From NCBI GenBank assembly GCA_009914755.4, contig CP086569.2, positions 10,048,001 to 10,112,000 on the forward strand: a stretch of 64,000 bases of DNA, in the 5' to 3' direction. The notes under the pieces are model-generated. The model did not search any database. It saw only the letters and a program-made list of their open reading frames with translations, and had not been told where the DNA came from. A program made the position numbers and the translations under genes. This DNA is from the human T2T-CHM13v2.0 reference genome, Homo sapiens. Of the stretch, positions 13,380-30,586 are shown one piece after another. Every line of letters begins with the position of its first letter. Positions within the stretch are counted from its first letter, which is position 1.

Positions 13380-15890
13380 GCCTCCCAGACTTTGTCGGGA
13401 TGAGTCTTTTTAAAACTTACCATACTGTAATTTCTAGGCACAGGCTGCCTGTGTTCCCTGGGGTTGCTCTTTCAAAGGCAGGGCTTCCTGCAGAACCAAG
13501 AAGCCTAAGAAGCTGCTGGGCTGTGTGTTTTTGTGAGAGTGTTGCAAATGTTGGAAATCTGCATGTATGTGGTAGTGTGTATGTGTGATTGAGTGTGTGT
13601 GTGCCTGTTAAGTGGAGTCTGCTTAAAGGAATGTGGCTAATGCACTGCAGTGATTCTTTTTTCTTTTTTTTTTTTTGAGTCTCCAAACATTGTAGTGGCC
13701 TGTATGTGTGGGTCTACTTGGGCTGCTGGGATCCATATTCTTTATTTTTCTGAGGATCATGAATCTGCAGTGAATTGGCAAGCTGGCTGAGAAACACCAC
13801 TGTCCAAATCACCTTCCTTTGCCAAAAAAGCCACTCTTCTAGAAAGAACAGAAGAACACCACAACCAAGAACAGAAATATACCAGTGTTTAATTGTCTTT
13901 CAGCCAATCCAAGGAGAGACACTATCATTCATCTCTACCGGGCCTATTAAATTTACCTCGAATTTGATTCCCAGAGGAGTTGGTGCTTCACATCATCAGG
14001 GGGAACTTCTCCATTGTCTTGGGATTTCAGTCTGGGATAGAGACTTTGAACAGCAATAAGGTAATAAGGTCAGATAGGGGTGGGGATACCCCTCTGGTGA
14101 GGGGTGGATGCCATGCTGTACCTTCACCTGCAAAAAAAGAAAAAAAAAAAAGAAGACAGATAACACAGAAGTTGCTTCCAACTGCATCCCAGCATTCTCT
14201 TAGTTGCACAAGCCGCACATACCATGGCCCTGTGTTCACGCGGGAGTACTCCAACGTGCAGGGGACATTTGGAGTACAAACTGGGGCCAAGTTGGCTAAC
14301 TCCATATTTGAGGGCTTTCATACCCAGAACCAAATGGGACTGGGAGGGATTGATGCTGGTGGCATGTGGCCTCCACACTTTCATCTTTGCATTCTGACTT
14401 CCATGTTCCTCATCGACCTAAGGTTTCCTGGGTCTGGATCTAAGTTTTCCATAACAAGCATTTCCACTTCACAAGGATGATCTCATGGGGATCCATTGTG
14501 TGATTATTTCTTTCTAAGCACTGTCTCAGTTTAATGTCTGGGCAGCTGTGATAATTTTAAAACAATAAATTCACATTCCAGTGGCCAAGAAGGAAACTCT
14601 GTTTCTCCCACTTCTATCGGAGAGCTGCATGATTCCTGTAGGATGAGAAGGAGGCAGCCCTGTGTGGCTTTTTCTGGTAATCTAGGATCTGTTTTATTAG
14701 ATCTGCCCATCCTTTCTCATTGTGGAGGGTTTCTTTCACTGTGCTATAGCTGGGTGGGAGTGCCTCTTGCCAAAGATCTATTGGTTGCCAGGGATTACAG
14801 GGAAAAATAGAAACTTCAGGTAGGCTGGCTACACTCCAGGTTGTGGGTTGTTTTCTCATTGTGGAGGCTCAGGTGGTTTTCACTTTGTAGAAGGCTTTGG
14901 GTTCTCTGACAGGAATATTTGAACATTGCCTGGATGCCAGGGCAAGTAACCTCATTCAATCAGGGGAGTCTTGATTTTTCTTTCATTTCATGGGGGGTCC
15001 ACAGTTCTCCTCAACAGTGCTAATAGACATTCTTTACAGGCTTACAATCACCACAGACAACCTTTGAGACACTGTCCCAACATCATCTGCACCTATGAAA
15101 GGCCAGTGCGATGTGTGAGAACACTGCTCCACACTGGATTTGTCTTTGTCGTGGTTCCTACCTTTCCCAGAGAGACCTTGTGAGGCCCAAAATGAAGGGA
15201 GGCAGTGAGGCCAAGGCCCTGGTAGTCTGTCACTGACATCTGCCTCTGGGGTCTCAGGTATGATTCCATCATGCAAAGACCTCTCAACAATTCCCCAGAC
15301 TATATTTCAATACCCATGGGACACGATTCCTGCACACAGCCTTTTTTAAGAATGGAGTCAGAAGGGCACTTTCCAGCGACTACCTCACAGTATCAAAATG
15401 TCTCCTCCTCCAGAGGGAACGACCCAGAGATGGCCCAAAGATGCCCTAAGCTCAAAAGTTTAGAGTCCCACAGTGAATTATCACAGGCAGCATTATTTCT
15501 GACACCAGATCAGCTCTGTCTGTACCATTTTCCTCTGTTTAGGCAGGCTGACATCTCCTAGAGCCAGGCACAACAACCTGCCTCATGAAGGGATATGTGC
15601 TAGTATCAGGGCACCAGGCATGAGATGTGCACTATGGCTAGCGTCACAGTCAATGCCACCATTGACTACTGACAAGTCCCTATGGCTTGGCGGAAAAGGA
15701 GAATTTCGTGGGGGCGGGGGGTGGGTATTGGTGTTGGAATTTCGCCTGCCATCTCTGTGGGATTCACAGTATAGTCCCATGATCCCAGGAGAGGGCAGAG
15801 GTGAACCAAACTGAAAAAAAAACATCAATCAGAGCCAGGAATAAGCCCTGAAATCCCTAAGGATCCAAAAATATCTGCAGAATGCCTTAG
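13380..15890. repeat. Array unit 6 (2511 bp). The start motif is diverged ('gcctcccagactttgtcgggatgagtc').
   Basis: Landmark order is conserved. Confidence 0.55.
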
Positions 15891-19394
<3,504 letters not shown>

Positions 19395-21952
19395 GCCTGC
19401 CTAGATGTTGCAGGGGTGAGTCATTGTGAAACTTGCCCCACTGTGATTTCTAGGTAAAGCCCACCTGTGTTCCTGGGGTGGCTGTCTCCCAGGTGGGGCT
19501 TCCTGCAGGACCACAAAGCCTGAGAAGCTGCCAGACTTTGTGTTTCTGTGAGAGTGTTGTGAGTGTTGGATGTTTGCGTGTATGTATGGCTGTGTCTATG
19601 TGTGTGTGTGTGTGTGTGTGTGGTGTCTGTAAGGGGAGTCTGCTTAAAGTAATGTTGCTAAAGCACTGCAGCCCCCTTTTTTTTAAGTCTTCCAACTTTT
19701 TAGTGGATTGTCTCAGGCTGCGGGGCTTTGTATTCTTTCTTTTTCTATGGATTATGAATCTGCAATGAAGTCTAAGGCAGGATGAGACCCGCCAGGTAAC
19801 AAAACACCTCCTTCTCCCAAAAAAAACCACTTTCCTAGAAAGAAGAAGGCCATACCACCCTCAAGAACAGACATCTCCCAGTGTTTTATTGTCCTTCAGC
19901 CAACCCAGGGAGAGACAGCAGCAGTCCTGTCTGCAGGGCTTTTTAAATGTACCTCGAATTTAGTTCCCAGCCAAGCTGGTGCTTCACATCGTGAAGGAGA
20001 ACCCCTCCATCATCTTGGAATTTCATTCTGGAACAGAGAATATCAGTAGCAATAAGGTCACAGAGAGATGAAGATACAATGTGGTGAGGGGTGGATGAGG
20101 ACCTGCACCTTAACATGCAAAAAAGGTGAAGACAGAAGACAGAAAGTGCTTCACACTGCATCCCTGCATTCCCTTAATGACACAGTAGTCCACACCATGG
20201 CCCGGTGTTCAGGTGGGAGTACTACAAGGTGCAGGGAACATTTGGAGTGCAAACTGAAGCCATCCTGCAAACTGCCAATTTAAGGGCTTTCATACTAAAG
20301 CCAAATGGGAGTACCATGAATTTATCCTGGCTGGGATGTGGCGTCTACACTTGCCTCTTTTTTTCCTGACTTCCATGCTCCTCATCAGCCTAGGGTTTCC
20401 TGGGTCTGGCTCAACGTCTTCGACACTAAACATTTCCCCATACAGTGATTATGACCCTTATGAGAATCCATTGTGTGCGTATTTCATATTAACAATGTCA
20501 CATTTTAATTACTTGGCAGCTGTGATACTTTTAAAACCATGATTTCCTGTTACAGCTGCCATTAAGGAAACTCTTGTTCTACCACTTCTATCAGGGGCTG
20601 CAAGATCTCTGGGGTGAGAAGCAGGCAGTCATATCTCACTTTTGGCTGGCATTCTAGGCACTGTTCCATTTCATCTGCATGTCGTTTCTCATTGTGGAAG
20701 GGATCTTTCACTGGACTGTTGCTGGATGGTACTACCTCTCATCACAGATCTTTTGGCTGCCAGGGATTTCAGGGAGCAAAAGACACTTTGGGTAGGCTCA
20801 CCAAAATCCAGGTTGTGAGCCATGGTGTCAACGTGGGGGCTGAGGTTGTTTGCACTTTACAGGAGGCTTTTCGGTCCTCTGACAGGAATCTTTGAACATT
20901 GCTTGGACTGCAGCACAAGGCAGATTGTTCTTTCAGGTGAGCATTGATTTTTCTTTGCTTTCATAAGGTATGCATAGTGCCCATCAACAGCAGTACTTGA
21001 CACTTTTCAGGTTTGCCATGGCCACAGACAGCCTTGGAGACACTGTCTCAACCTCATCTGCACCTGTGAGAAGACAGTCCACGATGTGAGAACACTGCTC
21101 CTTCTTGGACTTGCCTTTTTGAGGTTGCTGCCTTTCCCAGAGAGCTCCTGCGAGGTCCAAAATAAAGGGAGGCAGTGAGGCCAAGAGACCGGCCATCTTT
21201 CTCTGACACCCACCTTTGGGGTCTCAGGTATGATTGTATCACCCAAAGAATCCTCAACAACTCACCAGACTATACTCCAATCCCCATGAAACCCGATACT
21301 TGCACATAGACTTTTTCAGAAATGGAGTCTGAAGAGCAGTTTCCAGAGACCATGTCACCATCTTGAAATGCCTTCTTCTCCAGCGGGAACCAATCATGGA
21401 GATGAACTGAAGGGGCCCTGACTTTGCAAATTTTACAGTCCAGCCGTTGGTTTTCGCAGGCAGACTTTGTCCTGATACCAGGCCATCTCTGCTTGTACTA
21501 TTTTCCTCTGCTTAGGCAAGCTGACAGCTCCAACAGTCAGGCGCCTGAGCCACCCTCATGAATGCACATGTGCTAGTCTCAAGGTATCAGGGCTGATTGT
21601 GAGCTTCGGCAAAAGTTACAAAAAAGGTCACCATTGCCTAGTGACAAGTCCCTGCCTCTTGCTGGAGACGGAGACCTCTGTGGAGGTGTGTCAGTGGTAC
21701 ACTCTCACCTATCTTCTCTGTGAAATCCACAAATAGTCTCATGATCATGGCAGAAGGCCTGGAGCTTGGTAGAAAAGGAGAATTCCCTGGAGGTGCACCG
21801 GCATTGGAACCACACCTGTCTTCTCTGTGGGATTCACAGGATAGTCCTAGAAAAGGGCAGATGAGAGCCAGACTGAGGAAAGGTCAAGAAGAGCCCCAGG
21901 AATAAATGGCAAACTGCCTAGGGATCCAAAAGGATTTGGAAGGATTCCTCAG
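19395..21952. repeat. Array unit 8 (2558 bp)
   Basis: The start motif is at 19395. (TG)12 is at 19599-19622. Confidence 0.6.
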
Positions 21953-24416
21953 GCCTGCCTAGAGGTTGTAGGGGTGAGTCTTTTAGAAACCTGTCCCAAT
22001 GTGATTTCTAGGTACAACATGCATGTGTTACCCGGGGTTGCTCTCTCCCAGGTGGGGATTTCTGATGAGCCACACAGCCTCAGTAGCTGCCAGGCAGTGA
22101 GTTTCCGTGGGAATGTTGCAAGTGTTGGTTGTCTTTGTGGGTAGGTGTGGCATTGTGTATTTGTGTGTGTGTTTGCGTGCCTGTAAGTGGAGTCTGCTTA
22201 AAGGAATGTGGCTAATGCACTGCAGCATTTCTTTTATTTTTGAGTCTCTTATCCTTATAGTGGCCTGTCTGTGTGGCTCGGCTTGGGTTGCCGGGATTCA
22301 TGTTCTTTATTTGTCTGTGGATCATGAATCTGCAGTGAATTGGGAGGTGGGCCGAGACACACAAGCATCCAAATCACCTCCCCTGCAACAAAAGCCACTC
22401 TTCTAGAAAGAAGATGAGCATACCACACCAAAAAAAAGAGATCTCCCAGTGTTTTATTGACCTGAGTCCAAACCAGAAAGTGACACTCACAGACCTGTGT
22501 GCATGGCCCCTTGAATTTACATCAAATTCAGTCTCCAGCTGAGCAGATGCTTCATGTCATGAGGAAGATCTTGTCCATCATCTTGGATTTCATTCGGGGA
22601 CATAGATTGTGAGCAGAAATAAGGTCAGATGGGGTGAGGATACAATCTGGTGAGGGGTGAAAGTGGTCTCCCAACTTCACCAGCAAAACATAAAGACAGA
22701 TAACACAGAAAGTGCTTCCAACTTCATCTCTGCATCCCCTTAATTGCACAAGCAGTCCACACCATGGCTCGGTGTTCTGGTGGGAGTACTTTAATCTGCA
22801 AGGAATATTTGGAGGGCAAATTGGGGCCATTTTTGCAAACTCCCAATTTAAGAGCCTTCATACATGAGCCAAATGGGAGGAGTATTGATTGATGCTGGGT
22901 TGGATGTGGCCTCCGTACTTGCCTTTTTCCCCCTGACTTCTATGTTTTTCATCAACCTAGGGTTTCCTCTTTCTGGCTCAATGACTTCCACACTAAATGT
23001 TTCCCAATTCATAGAGAACAACCCTCCTGGGAATCCATTGCATGAGTGTTTCCTTCTAAACATTGTCACCTTTTAAAGACTGGGAAGCTTTGATAGTTTT
23101 AAAACGGTAAATTCTTGTTACACCCACCAACAAGGAATCTGTTTTTTTTCCCACTTCTATCACAGGGTTGCATGTTTACTCTAGGATGAGAAGGAGGCAG
23201 CCACGTCTGGCTTTAGCCTGATAATCTAGCCCCTGTTTCATCTCATCTGCATGGACTTCTCATTGTGGAGGGGCCCTTTCACTGGGCTATTGCTGGCTAG
23301 GACTGCCACTTGCCACAGATTATTTTGCTGCCAGGGATTTCAGAGAGTAAAAGGGACTTTGATAAACTGGCTGCACTCCATATTGTGGATCATTGTCTCA
23401 TCGTAGAGGCTGCAGTTGTTTGCACTTTGCAGGAGGCTTTTGGTTTCTGACAGGAATCTTGAACATTGCCTGGACTCCAGCAAAGGCAGCTCATTCTTAG
23501 GTGAACCTTGGTTTTTCTTTGTTTTCTTGGGGAATCCATAGTGCCCCCCAACAGCAGCACTGCACACCATTTTCAAGCTTGCCATCACCACAGATGGCCT
23601 CTGAGACACTGTCTCAACTACATCTGCACAAGTGAGAGGCCATTCCAAGATGTGAGAACACTGCTCCACATTAGACTTGCCTTTGTCATGGTTCTTGCCT
23701 TTCATAGATAGCCCCTGCAAGGCTCAGAATGAAGGGAGCCATTGAGTTCAAAAGCCCAATCATCTTTTGCTGACATCCACTTCTGGTGTCTCAGGTATGT
23801 TTCTGTCACCCAAAGAACACTCAACGACACACCAGATTATATTCCAATCCCCTTGGGACCCAATTATTGCACACACCCTCTTTCGCTAATGGAGTTAGAA
23901 GAGCAGTTTCCAGCGACCACCTCACAGTCGCGAAACACCTCTTCCTCCAGCGCGACCTGAACAAGGAAATGGCTAGCAGGGTCCCTGAGGTCAAGACTTT
24001 CAGGGTCCTGCAGCGGGTTTTTATAGTCAGCCTTTTTCCCAATACCAAGCCAGCTCTGCCTGTACCATTATCCACTGCAGAGGCAGGCTGACAGCTCTGA
24101 CAACCTGACTTGAGTCTGCCTCACAAATGCACTTGCGCTAGTCTCAGCGCACCTGGTCTGATTGTGAGCTCTGTCTAGCATCACAATAAATGTCACCATT
24201 GCCTTGCAAGAAGCATCTGCATCTTGGTGGAAAAGGAGACCTCCGTGGAGAAGTGTCAGCGGTGTCTTCTCGTCTGTCTTCTCTGTGAAATCCACAGATA
24301 GTCTCATGATCCTAGGAGAGGGCAGACGTTAGCCAGCGTGAAGGAACATCAAGCTTAGCTACAGAAATAAACCGCAAAATCCTTAAACATCCAAAAAGAT
24401 CTGCAAGATTTTGTAG
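21953..24416. repeat. Array unit 9 (2464 bp)
   Basis: The start motif is at 21953. Confidence 0.6.
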
Positions 24417-25484
24417 GCCTGCCTAGATATTGTAGGGGTGAGTCTTTTTGAAACTTGCCCCACTGTGGTTTCTAGGTACAGCCTGTCTATGTTCCCTGGG
24501 ATTGCTCTCTCCCAGGTGGGAATTCCTGCAGAGCTATGCAGCCTCGGGTGCTGCTGGGCTATGTTCTTCTGTGGGAGTGTTGCAACTGTTGGATATGTGT
24601 GTGTGTGTGTCATTGCGTGTTTGAGAATGTGTTTGTGGCTGTAAGTGGAGTCTGCTTAAATAATATGGCTAACGCACTTCAGTGCTGCTGCTTTTTTTTT
24701 TTTTTTTGTATGTTTCAATCTTTGTTGGCCTGCCTGTTGCTCTGCTTGTGCTTTGGGGCTCCATGTTCTTTATTTTTCTGTGGATCATGAATCTGCATTG
24801 CATTGGGAGGTGGGCCAAGACACACAATTGTCCAAATCAACTCCCCCCACAAAAAAAGCCACTCTTCTAGAAAGAAGAGGAGCACACCACACCAGAAACA
24901 GACATCTCGCAGTGTTTCACTGTCTCAACCTTATCTGCACAGTCCAAGGCCAGTCTGAGGTGTAAGAATAACCTCAACTGCACAGTGAAAGACCAGTCCA
25001 AGGTATGAGAACACTCCTCTACATTGGATTTGCCACTGTTGTGGTTTCTACCTTCCCCAGAGAGCTTCTGAGAGACCCAGGATGAAGGGATGCAGTGAGG
25101 TCAAGAGCCCAACCTTCTTTCACTGACACCCACCTCTAAGTTCTCAGGTATGATTCTGTCACCCAAACAACCCTCAACAACACAACAGATTATATTCCAA
25201 TTCTTATGGGACCAGATTATGGCTCACAGCCTGTTTCAAAAATGGAGTCAGAAGGGCAGTTTCCAGCGAACAGGTTACTATCTCAAAATATTTCCTCCGG
25301 CAGTGGGACCTGACCATGGAGACAGCCCAAAGGGGCCTTCAGGTCGAGACATTTAGGGTCCCACAGTGGGTTTTCACACACTGCCTTTTTATTAAAAACA
25401 GGCCTACTCTGCCTGTACCATTTTTCTCTGCTTAGGATGCCACCTTGCTTACACACAGGCAAAAACCTCTGCAGGATTTTTCAG
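24417..25484. repeat. Array unit 10. It is short (1068 bp). There is a deletion of about 1.15 kb with its junction near 24922 ('cagtgtttcactgtc|tcaacc'). A second deletion, with about 24 bp of filler, lies near 25437-25460.
   Basis: The sequence jumps directly from the 'catctcccagtgtttcattgtc' segment to the 'ctcaacctcatctgcac' segment, and then from 'ctctgcttagg' to the 'aaaaggatctgcaggatt' segment. Confidence 0.6.
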
Positions 25485-28062
25485 GCCACCCTAGATGTTG
25501 TAAGCATGAGTCTTTTGAAACTTGCCTAACTGTGATTTCTAGGTGTAGCCAACCAGGGTTTCTTGTGCTTGCTCTCTCCCAGGTTGGGATTCCTGCAGAA
25601 TCACATAGCCTCTGGAGCTGCTGAGCTGTGTTTTCCTGTGGGAGTGTTGCGAGTGTTGGATGTCTGCATCTGTGTGTGGCATTGGGTGTGTGTGTGCACC
25701 TGTCAGTGGAGTGTGCTTGAAATTATGTGGCTAACCCACTTCAGCCCTTTGTCTTTCTCTTTTTTTTTTTTTTTTTTTAGTCTCCCAACCTTTCTGGTGG
25801 AGGATTTCGAGTGTTGGATGTCTGCATCTTTGTGTGGCATTGTGTGTGTGTGTGTGACTATAAATGGAGTCTGCTTAAAGGAATATTACTTATGCACTTC
25901 AGTGCTTTCTGTTTTTGAGTCTTCCAACATTTTGGTGGCCTGTGTTTCTCTGCTTGGGATGTGGGACTTTCTCCAGGTAGTGCTTCCTGCACAACAATGC
26001 AGCCTCAGTAGCTGCTGGGCTGTGTATTTCTGTGGGAGTATTTTGAGTGTAGGATGTCTGAGCGTGTGTGTGGCATTGTGTGTTCAAAAAAAGCCACTCT
26101 TCTAAAAAGAAGAGGAGCACACCATGCCAAAAAGAGGTATCTCCTAGTGTGTCATTGTCATGAGGCCAACCCAGGCATAGACACTGGCAGTCCTGTCCAC
26201 TGGGCACTTTGAATTAATCTTGAATTCAGTTCCCAGCTGAGCAAGTGATTCACATCTTGTGGCGGGGGGCACTTCTCCATCATCTTTTGATTTCATCCTG
26301 GAACATACAGTATGAGCAGGAATAAAGTCAAATAGCAGTAAGGACAAAATCTGGTGAAGGGTGTATAAGGTTTTGCAATATCACCTGAAAAAAATAAAAT
26401 AAAGATGGATGACACAGAAGCTGCTTCCAAGTAAATAGCCTGGTGTTCAGGTGGACATGCAGAGAACATTTTGAGAACAAATTGGGGCCATCCTGGCAAA
26501 CTCTCAATGTGAGGGCTTTCATACCCAGAGCCACATGAAAGTGTGATGGATTGATGCTGGGTGGGATGTGGCCACCACACTTGTGTCTTCATGTTCCTTT
26601 TTGGCCTAGGGTTTTCTGGGTCTGGTTCCACATCTTCTACACTAGAAGTTTCCCAGTTCACAGAGGACCACTCTCATGTGAATCCATTGCATCAGTGTTT
26701 CTTCCTAGACTCTGTCACATTTTGATGACTGGGCAATATGAGACTTTTAAAAGCATAAATTCCCGTTACAACTGCCAATACAGAAATTTTTATTCTCCTT
26801 TTATCAAAGAGCTGCATGATTCCTGTAGGAGGAGAAGCAGGCAGCTGTGTTCTGCATTTTCCTGCTAATCTTGGCTCTGTTTCACTTCATCTGCATGTCA
26901 TTCCCTGCTGTGGAGTGGATCTTTCATTGGCTCTTGCTGGATGGGACTGCCTCTTGCTATAGATCTTTTCACTGCCAGGAATTTCAGGAAGCCAAAAGGA
27001 CTTTGCATATGGTGGCTACATGCCAGGATGTGGATCATGGTGTCCTTGTGGGGGCTGATGTTGTTTGCGCTTTGCAGGAGGCTTTTGGGTCCTCTGATGG
27101 GAATCTTTGAACTTTGCTTGTACTCCCACACAAGTCAGCTTGTTTGCTCAGATAAGCCTTCATTTTTCTTTGCTTTCAAGGGGAGTCCACATTGCCCCTC
27201 ATTAGCAGTACTGGACACCATTTTCTGTCTTGCAATTGCCATGGACCACCTCAGACATACTCTGTCAACCACATCTGCATCTGTGAAAGGCCAGTTTGAG
27301 ATATGAGAACAATGCTTTATCTGGGACTTGCTTTTGTTGTGGTTCCTGTATTTCCCAGAGAGCTCCTGTGAGGCCCAGGATGAAGGGAGGCAGTGAGGTC
27401 AAGGGCCTAACCATCTTTCACTGACACCCACCTCTTGGGTCTCAATGATGATTCCATCACCCAGAGATGCCTCAAAAACTCACCAGATGGTATTTCAATC
27501 CCCATGGGAATTAACTCTTGCACACATCTTCTTTTGGGAATGGAGGCAGAGGTGCAGATTGCAGCGACCCTTTCACAGTCTCAAAGTGACTTCTCCTTCT
27601 GCAGAACCCAACCTTGGAGACTGCCTGAAAGGGCCCTGTCATCTATATTTTTATGTCCAGTGGTGGGTTATTGCAGGCAGCATTTTTCCCTATACCAGGC
27701 AGGCTCTGCCTGTACCATTTTCCTCTGCTTAGGCAGGCTGACAGCTCTGATGAGTGCCTGAGCCTGCCTCAGAAATGCACATGTGCTAGTCTCAGAGCAC
27801 CAGGCCTGAGTGTGAGTGCTGGCTAGCATCACAATGAATGTCACTGCTGCCTTGTGACAATGCCCTGTGGCTTGGCAGAGGAGACCTCCTTGGAGATGCA
27901 TCGGCCGTGGACTCTCACCTGACTTCTCTGTGGTGTTCATGGGATTGTCCCATGATCCTAGAAAAGGGCAGGCATGAGCCAGCCTGAAGAAAAGTCAAGT
28001 ACACCTCCAGGAATAAACTGCAGAATCCCTTAGGATGCAAAAGGATATACAGGATTTCTCAG
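25485..28062. repeat. Array unit 11 (2578 bp). This is a variant unit: the (GT)n-containing module is present three times, and the 'tggatcatgaatctgcagtgaattggg' segment is replaced.
   Basis: Three consecutive copies of the '...gagtgttggatgtctgcat..(GT)n..gcttaaaggaat..' module lie at about 25640-26085. They are followed directly by 'aaaaaaagccactcttctaaaaagaagaggagcacacc'. Confidence 0.6.
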
Positions 28063-30586
28063 GACTACCCAGAAGTTTGTAGGGTTGAGTCTCTTTCAAA
28101 CTTGCACCACCGTGATTTCTAGGTACAGTTCCCTTGTGTTTCTTGGGGTTGCTGTCTCCCAGGTTGGGATTCCTTCCGAACAACACTGCCTCAGGGGCTG
28201 CCAGTCTTTGCTTTTCTATGAGAGTCTTGCATGTGATGGATGGCTGTGTGTGTGTGTGTGTAGCATTGTGTGTTTGTGTATGTGCGTGTTTATGTGTCTG
28301 TAAGTGGAGTGTGCTTAAAATAATGTGCCTAACACACTTCAGCACTTCTTCTTTAGTCTGCCAACCTTTCTGGTGGAGTGCTGTGAGTGTTGGATGTCTA
28401 CATGCATGTGGGTGGCATTGTGTGTTTGTATGTGTGTGTGTGTGAGAGACTGTAAGTGCAGTCTGCCTAAGGAATATTGCTAATGCACTTCAGTGTTTGC
28501 TGTATGTACATCTCCCAACCTTTTGGTGGCTTTTCTGTGTGGGTCTGCTTGGGCTACCTGCAGACCCAGTTGGTGCTACCTGCACAACAGCACAGTCTGA
28601 GTAGTAACTGGTTTGTATGTTTCTGTGGGAGTGTTGTGAATGTTGGATGTCTGAGTGTGTGTGTGGCATTGTGTGTGTGAGAAAAGCCACTCTTCTAGAA
28701 AGAAAAGGAGCACACCACACCAAAAATGAGACATCTCAGTGTTTCATTGTCTTGCAGCCAACCCAGGGAGAGATGCTAGCAGTCCTGTGCACAGGGCACA
28801 TTGAATTCACCTTGAATTCGATTCCCAGCCAAGCCAATAATTCATGTCTTAGGTCGGGGGGCTCTCAAATATCATCTTTGGATTTCATCCTGGTGCATAG
28901 AGTGTCAACAGCAATGATGTCAGATAGGAGTAAAGATGAAATCTGGGGAGGTGCATGGGATACCCCAACTGCACCTGTAAAAAAAAAAAAAAAAGAAAAA
29001 GGATGACAGACGACACAGAGATTGTTTCCAGCTAAACAGCCTGGTGTTCAGGTGGAAGTACTCCAATGTATGGGGAAAATTTTGAGTACACACTGGGGCC
29101 ATCCTGGCAAACTCCCAATGTGAGGGCTTTCATACCCAAAGGCAAAGGAGAGGGTGATGGATTGATGCTGGATGGAATGTGGCTGCCACACTTGCCTCTT
29201 CTTTTCCTGACTTTCATGATCTTCTTTGGCCTAAGTTTTCCTGGGTATGGCTACACGTATTCCACACTAAAAGTTTCCCAGTTCACAGAGGATGACTCTC
29301 TTGGGAATTCATTACATGAGGGATTCTTTCTAAACTCTGCCACATTTTAATGACTGGGCAGCTGTGATACTTTTAAAAGCATAAATTCCCATTACATCCA
29401 CCAACATAGAAACTCTTGTTTTCCCACTTTTATTGGAAGACTGCATGATTCCTTTAGGATGAGAAGCAGGCAGCCATGTCTGCATTTGCCTGGTAATCTT
29501 AGCTCTGTTTCACTTCATCTGCAAGTCCTTTCTCTCTGTGGAGTGGATATTTCATTGGCTTTTGCTGGATGGGACTGCCTCCTCCCTACAGATCTTTTGG
29601 CTGCCAGGAACTTCAGGAAGCCTATAGGACTTTGCGTATGCTGGCTATACTCCAGATTTTGGGTCTTTTTCTCCTTGTGGAGGCTGATGTTGTTTGCTCT
29701 TTGTAGGAGGCTTTTGGGTCCTCTGACAAAAATCTTTGAACATTATTTGGACTCCTGCACAAGTCAGCTTATTTGCTCAGATGAGCCTTCATTTTTCTTT
29801 GCTTTCATGAGGGTTCCACATTGCCCCTCATCAGCACTACTGGACACCCTTTTCTGGCTTGCTTTCACCACAGACAGCCACTGAGAAACTGTTTCCACCT
29901 CACCTGCACCCATTTTAAGGTGTGAGAACAGCCAGTTTAAGGTGTGAGAACAATGCTTTATCTTGGACTTTCTTTTGTCGTGGTTCTTACCTTTTCCCGA
30001 GAGCCCCTGTGAGGCCCGGTAACTCACCAGACTGTATTACAATCCCCATAGGAACTGCCTCTTGCACACAGCCTCTTTCCAGAATGGAGGCAGAGTATCT
30101 GATTGCAGCGACCACTTCACAGTCTCAAAATGAGTTCTCCTTCAGTGGAACTCGACCTCAGAGACTGCCCAAAAGGGCCCTATGGCCTAGACTTTTTGGG
30201 TCCAGCAGTGGTTTATCACAGTGCCTTTTCTTTGTTCCTCTTTTTGGTCAGGCTAACAGCTCTGACAGCCAGGCCCCAGAACATGCCTCTTGAATGCGAA
30301 GGCACTGGTCTCAAGGCACAAAGACTGAGCTGTGAGTTTTGATTAGCGTCACAGTGAATGCCACCATTTCCTAGAGACAAGTTCCTGCAGGTTGGCGGAG
30401 AAGAAGACCTTTTTACAGGTGCTGTCGGTGGTGGACTCTCACCTGTTTTCTCTGTGGGAATTACTGTATAGTCTCCTGATTTTAGGAGAGGGCAAATATG
30501 AGCCAGCCTGAAATAATGTCAATAAGAGCACCAGGAATAAACCATGAATTCCAGAAGGATCCAAAAGGGTCTGCAAGATGCTTCAG
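28063..30586. repeat. Array unit 12 (2524 bp). It has the same variant structure as unit 11, plus an extra deletion of about 150 bp near 30015.
   Basis: The triplicated (GT)n modules are at about 28200-28680. A roughly 50-bp deletion next to 'gatgacacagaa..cttcca' and many substitutions are shared with unit 11. Confidence 0.6.
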
